Shown here: positions 13,401 through 22,400 of the stretch, in pieces
Layout: every line of letters begins with the position of its first letter
Numbering within the stretch: position 1 is the first letter of the stretch
Assembly: GCA_002269645.1 (NCBI GenBank)
Contig: NIVC01002070.1
Location: forward strand, 104,573 to 168,572
Reading direction: 5' to 3'
DNA: 64,000 nucleotides
From: Macrostomum lignano
Lineage: Eukaryota
Notes under the pieces: model-generated
Seen by the model: the letters and a program-made list of their open reading frames with translations, nothing else
Told to the model about the DNA's origin: nothing
Databases searched by the model: none
Program-made: the position numbers and the translations under genes

Positions 13401-16400
13401 GCCTTGAACATGTAGTCTAAAGCTAAAATCAAAGTTTAAAATGCCATTTAAGATCTAAGCCAAAGTTATTCGCCGTTTTTAACTTATTTTTAATTTTCCC
13501 CGGGGTCCCCGGGGAATGACAGTAAATTCCCCGGGTCCCCGATAAGAATATTCCCCGGGGAATCGACATCCCTAGTCACACGGATACACGGCAGCGGTTT
13601 TGAATTTAAGCTTCCGACGTTGACTTGTCTTTTTATTCTCTAACATCCTAGGAGCCTGAGTTCGAATTTCATTCTCCTGAGCTCGACCAGTCTGACGCTT
13701 CGAAAAAGTCGAAATCGCGCTCTGCGTCTGCATCACGCCTTGATGAAGGCTCTCAGTTGCACAACGCTACCGCGGATGCAGGCGCTACTCCAGCCTCGAA
13801 GAAGGCCGCATCGCCTGGTGAAAATCGTCGGTCTACTCGCAAATACGTCGACACCGAGTCCAGAAAAGTGAGTTTCGCTTGATGATCTCAAAGTAGCTAG
13901 CTGCAACTCAATTGCTGTAGAGAAGCTCTTAAAAGGTGGTCCACCTAACCTACAGACACAACTGAAGCAGCTCTCTCAGTCTGTTTGGGGCTTTGACTCT
14001 TATAAGGTGGTCCACCTAACCTACAGACACAACTGAAGCAGCTTTCTCAGTCTGTTTGGGGCTTTGACTCTTGGAAGGTGGTCCACCTAACCTACAGACA
14101 CAACTGAAGCAGCTCTCTCAGTCTGTTTGGGGCTTTGACTTTTATAAGGTGGTCCACCTAACCTACAGACACAACTGATGCAGCTCTCTCAGTCTGTTTG
14201 GGGCCTTGGCTGTCAGAGCTGTCTTGAAAGTTTAGTGCGGGAATGTTTCCGTTTCTTGGAATGCAATCAGAACAGATTCTTAGAAAGCGAGCTGGTCCAC
14301 CATGAGATCAGAATGTCTGCACTGTGTAAATGAATGGTCTCTAGGCATTCCGACTCAGATTATCGCCTAGTAGTGCTGTAGAGAAGGTGGTCCACCTAAC
14401 CTACAGACACAACTGAAGCAGCTCTCTCAGTCTGTTTGAGGGTCACACGGATACACTGCAGCGGTTTTGAATTTAAGCTTCCGACGTTGACTTGTCTTTT
14501 TATTCTCTAACTTCCTAGGAGCCCGAGGTCGAATTTCGTTCTCCTGAGCTCGACCAGTCTGAGGCTTCGAAAAAGTTGAAATCGCGCTCTGCGTCTGCAT
14601 CACGCCTTGATGAAGGCGCTCAGTCGCACAACGCTACCGCGGATGCAAGCGCTACTCCAGCCTCGAAGAAGGCCGCATCGCCTGGTGAAAATCGTCGGTC
14701 TACTGGCAAATCCGTCGACACCGAGTCCAGAAAAGTGAGTTTCGCTTGATGATCTCAAAGTAGCTAGCTGCAACTCAATTGCTGTAGAGAAGCTGGTCCA
14801 CCTAACCTACAGACACAACTGAAGCAGCTCTCTCAGTCTGTTTGGGGCTTTGAATCTTGGAAGGTGGTCCACCTAACCTACAGACACATCTGAAGCAGCT
14901 TTCTCAGTCTGTTTGGGGCTTTGACTCTTGGAAGGTGGTCCACCTAACCTACAGACACAACTGAAGCAGCTCTCTCAGTCTGTTTGGGGCTTTGACTTTT
15001 ATAAGGTGGTCCACCTAACCTACAGACACAACTGAAGCAGCTCTCTCAGTCTGTTTGGGGCTTTGACTTTTATAAGGTGGTCCACCTAACCTACAGACAC
15101 AACTGAAGCAGCTCTCTCAGTCTGTTTGGGGCTTTGACTCTTAAAAAGTGGTCCACCTAACCTACAGACACAACTGAAGCAGCTCTCTCAGTCTGTTTGG
15201 GGCTTTGACTCTTGGAAGGTGGTCCACCTAACCTACAGACACAACTGAAGCAGCTCTCTCAGTCTGTTTGGGGCCTTGGCTCTCAGAGCTGTCTTGAAAG
15301 TTTAGTGCGGGAATGTTTCCGTTTCTTGGAATGCAATCAGAACAGATTCTTAGAAAGCGAGCTGGTCCACCATGAGATCAGAATGTCTGCACTGTGTAAA
15401 TGAATGGTCTCTAGGCATTCCGACTCAGATTATCGCCTAGTAGTGCTGTAGAGAAGGTGGTCCACCTAACCTACAGACACAACTGAAGCAGCTCTCTCAG
15501 TCTGTTTGAGGGTCACACGGATACACTGCAGCGGTTTTGAATTTAAGCTTCCGACGTTGACTTGTCTTTTTATTCTCTAACTTCCTAGGAGCCCGAGGTC
15601 GAATTTCGTTCTCCTGAGCTCGACCAGTCTGAGGCTTCGAAAAAGTTGAAATCGCGCTCTGCGTCTGCATCACGCCTTGATGAAGGCGCTCAGTCGCACA
15701 ACGCTACCGCGGATGCAAGCGCTACTCCAGCCTCGAAGAAGGCCGCATCGCCTGGTGAAAATCGTCGGTCTACTGGCAAATCCGTCGACACCGAGTCCAG
15801 AAAAGTGAGTTTCGCTTGATGATCTCAAAGTAGCTAGCTGCAACTCAATTGCTGTAGAGAAGCTGGTCCACCTAACCTACAGACACAACTGAAGCAGCTC
15901 TCTCAGTCTGTTTGGGGCTTTGAATCTTGGAAGGTGGTCCACCTAACCTACAGACACATCTGAAGCAGCTTTCTCAGTCTGTTTGGGGCTTTGACTCTTG
16001 GAAGGTGGTCCACCTAACCTACAGATACAACTGAAGCAGCTCTCTCAGTCTGTTTGGGGCTTTGACTTTTATAAGGTGGTCCACCTAACCTACAGACACA
16101 ACTGAAGCAGCTCTCTCAGTCTGTTTGGGGCTTTGACTCTTATAAGGTGTCCACCTAACCTACAGACACAACTGAAGCAGCTCTCTCAGTCTGTTTGGGG
16201 CTTTGACTCTTAGAAGGTGGTCCACCTAACCTACAGTCAAAACTTATGTACTGTTTAGGCGTTTCCGTAATGGAGTAATATGTGAGAAATTTTTTTTTAT
16301 TTTAGTTTCTACAGGGCTGTTTGGTCGAGCAGTTTACATTGGATTCTCTTCGAGGGAAGCGAGTTTTTTTTCTGTACGGCGAAAGTCAAAAGCGACAAAA

Positions 16401-19400
16401 GAAGCTGGAATCTGCCGTCGTCTATTATGGCGGAAGCGTTGCTTCGTTTTTTTCAAATGAGGTGTGTAGTTTTTGCAATGCATTCGTTGTTTTTGTTTGT
16501 TGCTTGTTAATAGGGCAGATTAGAGACGTTGATAGATTTTTTGTAGCTATGGGCTCGTATTTTTTGCTTTTCCAGGTTGATTTAATCATCGCTGACGATT
16601 CCGCTGTCTCCATTGAAGCTAAACAATCTTTTTCGGAGTTTTCTAGGGGTTTCACCATGCAGCAGAGAGCCGTTACGCAAACTTCGAGTTCGCAATGCAG
16701 AATTGTCAAAACATTCGAAGATATTTTGACGAAAGCTCGCTTGCTGCAAATACCTGTCTACACTCCGGCAATATTTCGAGATCGAATTCGCGATCAAGTT
16801 TCTCAACACGAGCTGTGCCAGAAAACTATTTCTTCAGGGAGGTTTGCCGAAGAAGATCGGAATTTGACCCCACCGGCCGTTGTTGTTACGGATGCCCAGC
16901 ATTTGCTGAGACCAATCTTCAAAGATAACATTGATGTCGTCGACATTTTTGCAAACCCAAGGGCTAATAATAACGATGAAAAAAATCGTCAAAAGCCTGA
17001 CGGCAAAGAAAAACGGAAAGGTCGGTGTGAAAACTGTCGCGAAGCCTACGACGACTTTAATCAGCACATAACATTAAGCCAAAAGCACCAAGATTTCGTT
17101 TCGAATAAAAAATTTTTTACTGAAATCGACCAAATCATTTCAACTCTTCCGACGCTAGACAGCGCCCTAAATGAAGCGACTCAAAAGGCTACCGCTCCTA
17201 TGACACATCATGACACGAAAAAACCGGATTCGAAAGCACTACCTAACATATTTCAGCAAAATGACGGTGATAGACGGCAAGCCGCATCGCTTGGCGAAAA
17301 TCGTCAGTCTGCTCGCAAATACGTCGACACCGAGTCCAAAAAAGTGAGTTTCGTTTAATGATCTCAAAATAGCTAGCTGCATGCAACTCAATTGCTGTAG
17401 AGAAGTTCTTAAAAGGTGGTCCACCTAACCTACAGACACAACTGAAGCAGCTCTCTCAGTCTGTTTGGGGCTTTGACTTTTATAAGGTGGTCCACCTAAC
17501 CTACAGACACAACTGAAGCAGCTCTCTCAGTCTGTTTGGGGCTTTGACTCTTAAAAGGTGGTCCACCTAACCTACAGGCACAACTAAAGCAGCTCTCTCA
17601 GTCTGTTTGAGGGTCACACGGATACACGGCAGCGGTTTTGAATTTAAGCTTCCGACTTTGACTTGTCTTTTTATTCTCTAATTTCCTAGGAGCCTGAGGT
17701 CGAATTTCGTTCACGCCAAATCGAACGCACTGGTGCCTCAAAAAGAGGGCGGAAATCGCGAAGCCGTTCGCGCTCTGCATCACGCCTTGATGAAGGCGCT
17801 CAGTCGCACAACGCTACCGCGGATGCAGGCGCTACTCCAGCCTCGAAGAAGGCCGCATCGCCTGGTGAAAATCGTCGGTCTACTGGCAAATCCGTCGACA
17901 CCGAGTCCAGAAAAGTGAGTTTCGCTTGATGATCTCAAAGTAGCTAGCTGCAACTCAATTGCTGTAGAGAAGCTGGTCCACCTAACCTACAGACACAACT
18001 GAAGCAGCTCTCTCAGTCTGTTTGGGGCTTTGACTCTTGGAAGGTGGTCCACCTAACCTACAGACACAACTGAAGCAGCTCTCTCAGTCTGTTTGGGGCT
18101 TTAACTCTTAAAAGGTGGTCAACCTAACCTACAGACACAACTGAAGCAGCTCTCTCAGTCTGTTTGGGGCTTTGACTTTTATAAGGTGGTCCACCTAACC
18201 TACAGACACAACTGAAGCAGCTCTCTCAGTCTGTTTGGGGCTTTGACTTTTATAAGGTGGTCCACCTAACCTACAGACACAACTGAAGCAGCTCTCTCAG
18301 TCTGTTTGGGGCTTTGACTTTTATAAGGTGTCCACCTAACCTACAGACACAACTGAAGCAGCTCTCTCAGTCTGTTTGGGGCTTTGACTCTTGGAAGGTG
18401 GTCCACCTAACCTACAGACACAACTGAAGCAGCTCTCTCAGTCTGTTTGGGGCCTTGGCTGTCAGAGCTGTCTTGAAAGTTTAGTGCGGGAATGTTTCCG
18501 TTTCTTGGAATGCAATCAGAACAGATTCTTAGAAAGCGAGCTGGTCCACCATGAGATCAGAATGTCTGCACTGTGTAAATGAATGGTCTCTAGGCATTCC
18601 GACTCAGATTATCGCCTAGTAGTGCTGTAGAGAAGGTGGTCCACCTAACCTACAGACACAACTGAAGCAGCTCTCTCAGTCTGTTTGAGGGTCACACGGA
18701 TACACGGCAGCGGTTTTGAATTTAAGCTTCCGACTTTGACTTGTCTTTTTATTCTCTAACTTCCTAGGAGCCTGAGGTCGAATTTCGTTCCCGCCAAATC
18801 GAACGCACTGGTGCCTCAAAAAGAGGGCGGAAATCGCGAAGCCGTTCGCGCTCTGCATCACGCCTTGATGAAGGCGCTCAGTCGCACAACGCTACCGCGG
18901 ATGCAGGCGCTACTCCAGCCTCGAAGAAGGCCGCATCGCCTGGTGAAAATCGTCGGTCAACTGGCAAATCCGTCGACACCGAGTCCAGAAAAGTGAGTTT
19001 CGCTTGATGATCTCAAAGTAGCTAGCTGCAACTCAATTGCTGTAGAGAAGCTGGTCCACCTAACCTACAGACATCAACTGAAGCAGCTCTCTCAGTCTGT
19101 TTGGGGCTTTGACTTTTATAAGGTGGTCCACCTAACCTACAGAAACAACTGAAGCAGCTCTCTCAGTCTGTTTGGGGCTTTGACTTTTATAAGGTGGTCT
19201 ACCTAACCTACAGACACAACTGAAGCAGCTTTCTCAGTCTGTTTGGGGCTTTGACTTTTATAAGGTGGTCCACCTAACCTACAGACACAACTGAAGCAGC
19301 TTTCTCAGTCTGTTTGGGGCTTTGACTTTTATAAGGTGGTCCACCTAACCTACAGACACAACTGAAGCAGCTCTCTCAGTCTGTTTGAGGGTCACACGGA

Positions 19401-22400
19401 TACACGGCAGCGGTTTTGAATTTAAGCTTCCGACTTTGACTTGTCTTTTTATTCTCTAACTTCCTAGGAGCCTGAGGTCGAATTTCGTTCCCGCCAAATC
19501 GAACGCACTGGTGCCTCAAAAAGAGGGCGGAAATCGCGAAGCCGTTCGCGCTCTGCATCACGCCTTGATGAAGGCGCTCAGTCGCACAACGCTACCGCGG
19601 ATGCAGGCGCTACTCCAGCCTCGAAGAAGGCCGCATCGCCTGGTGAAAATCGTCGGTCTACTGGCAAATCCGTGGACACCGAGTCCAGAAAAGTGAGTTT
19701 CGCTTGATGATCTCAAAGTAGCTAGCTGCAACTCAATTGCTGTAGAGAAGCTGGTCCACCTAACCTACAGACACAACTGAAGCAGCTCTCTCAGTCTGTT
19801 TGGGGCTTTGACTTTTATAAGGTGGTCCACCTAACCTACAGACACAACTGAAGCAGCTCTCTCAGTCTGTTTGGGGCTTTGACTTTTATAAGGTGGTCCA
19901 CCTAACCTACAGACACAACTGAAGCAGCTCTCTCAGTCTGTTTGGGGCTTTGGCTCTCAGAGCTGTCTTGAAAGTTTAGTGCGGGAATGTTTCCGTTTCT
20001 TGGAATGCAATCAGAACAGATTCTTAGAAAGCGAGCTGGTCCACCATGAGATCAGAACGTCTGCACTGTGTAAATGAATGGTCTCAAGGCATTCCGACTC
20101 AGATTATCGCCTAGTAGTGCTGTAGAGAAGGTGGTCCACCTAACCTACAGACACAACTGAAGCAGCTCTCTCAGTCTGTTTGGGGCTTTGACTCTTAAAA
20201 GGTGGTCCACCTAACCTACAGACATCAACTGAAGCAGCTCTCTCAGTCTGTTTGGGGCTTTGACTCTTAAAAGGTGGTCAACCTAACCTACAGACACAAC
20301 TGAAGCAGCTCTCTCAGTCTGTTTGGGGCTTTGACTTTTATAAGGTGGTCCACCTAACCTACAGACACAACTGAAGCAGCTCTCTCAGTCTGTTTGGGGC
20401 TTTGACTTTTATAAGGTGGTCCACCTAACCTACAGACACAACTGAAGCAGCTCTCTCAGTCTGTTTGAGGGTCACACGGATACACGGCAGCGGTTTTGAA
20501 TTTAAGCTTCCGACTTTGACTTGTCTTTTTATTCTCTAACTTCCTAGGAGCCTGAGGTCGAATTTCGTTCCCGCCAAATCGAACGCACTGGTGCCTCAAA
20601 AAGAGGGCGGAAATCGCGAAGCCGTTCGCGCTCTGCATCACGCCTTGATGAAGGCGCTCAGTCGCACAACGCTACCGCGGATGCAGGCGCTACTCCAGCC
20701 TCGAAGAAGGCCGCATCGCCTGGTGAAAATCGTCGGTCTACTGGCAAATCCGTCGACACCGAGTCCAGAAAAGTGAGTTTCGCTTGATGATCTCAAAGTA
20801 GCTAGCTGCAACTCAATTGCTGTAGAGAAGCTGGTCCACCTAACCTACAGACACAACTGAAGCAGCTCTCTCAGTCTGTTTGGGGCTTTGACTCTTAAAA
20901 GGTGGTCCACCTAACCTACAGACACAACTGAAGCAGCTCTCTCAGTCTGTTTGGGGCTTTAACTCTTAAAAGGTGGTCAACCTAACCTACAGACACAACT
21001 AAAGCAGCTCTCTCAGTCTGTTTGGGGCTTTGGCTCTCAGAGCTGTCTTGAAAGTTTAGTGCGGGAATGTTTCCGTTTCTTGGAATGCAATCAGAACAGA
21101 TTCTTAGAAAGCGAGCTGGTCCACCATGAGATCAGAACGTCTGCACTGTGTAAATGAATGGTCTCAAGGCATTCCGACTCAGATTATCGCCTAGTAGTGC
21201 TGTAGAGAAGGTGGTCCACCTAACCTACAGACACAACTGAAGCAGCTCTCTCAGTCTGTTTGGGGCTTTGACTCTTGGAAGGTGGTCCACCTAACCTACA
21301 GACACAACTGAAGCAGCTCTCTCAGTCTGTTTGGGGCTTTGGCTCTCAGAGCTGTCTTGAAAGTTTAGTGCGGGAATGTTTCCGTTTCTTGGAATGCAAT
21401 CAGAACAGATTCTTAGAAAGCGAGCTGGTCCACCATGAGATCAGAACGTCTGCACTGTCTAAATGAAGGGTGTCTAAACGTTTTGACTTAGATTATCGCG
21501 TTGTAGTGCTTCAGAGAATTGACTTATTGACTTTTCAGGAAAAATGAGCTAATGAGTATATCTAAGCTATGTAACTTGCTGTTTATTTTTCAGGTTTGCG
21601 ATAGAGACGGCGATGCTACCAAAGCAAGGATAGACGTTGCTTTCGATTTAGTAGATGATGATTCGTTTGTGGACAAAAATCTTACGGTAGTAGACGATAT
21701 TCTTGGTGGAAGGTTGCACTCAGCTTTAAGGGACATTGCAAATACGAGTATACTACCTGAGGACGCTGAACTCGAGGAAGAAGATGGTGATGAAGATTAT
21801 TATTTGGAGGAAGTCTGGTCTGATGATTTAGTTCCGTCCCAAGCGAAACTTAAGCATGAGAAGAAGAGGCATTGCTGCCTCTTTTGCGGAGAAATGTTTT
21901 CGAAGATCAGAAGGCATCTTATTCGGGCACACTCGAAGGAAATGTGTGTACAGCGCGCCCTCGCATTTAATCCTAAGTCTGATAGTAAGTTTTTGAAATA
22001 AGTTTTTTATGTAGGTCCTCATAGTAGTATTTAGTTTGTCTGAAAATAATTATCTGTTCATATTTTTTTCAGAATATGACCAGGAATTTGATCGCTTGCG
22101 CTTTCGAGGAGATTACGAACATAACATAAAAGTTATGACCCAGGAGAAGGAGGGAGGAATCATTGTGTGTCGCGAAAGAAGTTCTTCGGACATGAAAGAT
22201 AATGAAGTTTCGTATTTGCCGTGCATTCACTGTTTTGGATTTTTTCGTAAAACTGAGTTAAGCAGGCATGTTCAGCGCTGCCGCTTTGTCGTAAATGTCA
22301 GCGATTTGAACAGGCGCACAGAAGCTGTCAGTGCAGGACGCTGCCTTCTCCTTGCATCATGCTTTCCGGCGAAATATCCGTCCAAATTTATTGAACTTAT

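Larger units (their letters stand above)
10680..21460. repeat. Higher-order intronic array: ~50 copies of a 71-bp unit (GGTGGTCCACCTAACCTACAGACACAACTGAAGCAGCTCTCTCAGTCTGTTTGGGGCTTTGAC-NNNNNN-AA) interleaved with ~8 copies of a ~190-bp block and 8 repeat exons
   Basis: Period 71 bp (e.g. 15005 to 15076). Higher-order periods of 1070 bp (14519 to 15589) and 1080 bp (19468 to 20548). Copy numbers are approximate manual counts. Confidence 0.93.

Noticed and set aside
14935-15290. Each 71-bp unit parsed as a 44-nt GT..AG mini-intron plus a 27-nt phase-0 microexon (SVWGFDFYK / SVWGFDSWK)
   Set aside because: The geometry fits (CTAAC, ctctctcAG), but the donor AAG|GTGGTC is weak and several variants contain TAA/TAG. 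Not supported without reads.
16321-17358. Stand-alone intronless 345-aa Dbf4 gene
   Set aside because: Starts at TTG right behind a strong acceptor, includes a 114-nt GT-AG segment that interrupts the N motif, and ends on the same donor as the repeat exons.
10680-21460. CRISPR-like array interpretation of the 71-bp repeats
   Set aside because: No unique spacers (only a 6-nt variable patch), no cas genes, spliceosomal eukaryotic context.
15212-21466. Recurrent 61-63-aa ORFs (MEGGPPNLQ..., MPQKEGGN..., MMQSANGF...)
   Set aside because: Off-frame or antisense readings of the repeat modules; the splice-supported frame is EPEVEFRS...TESRK.
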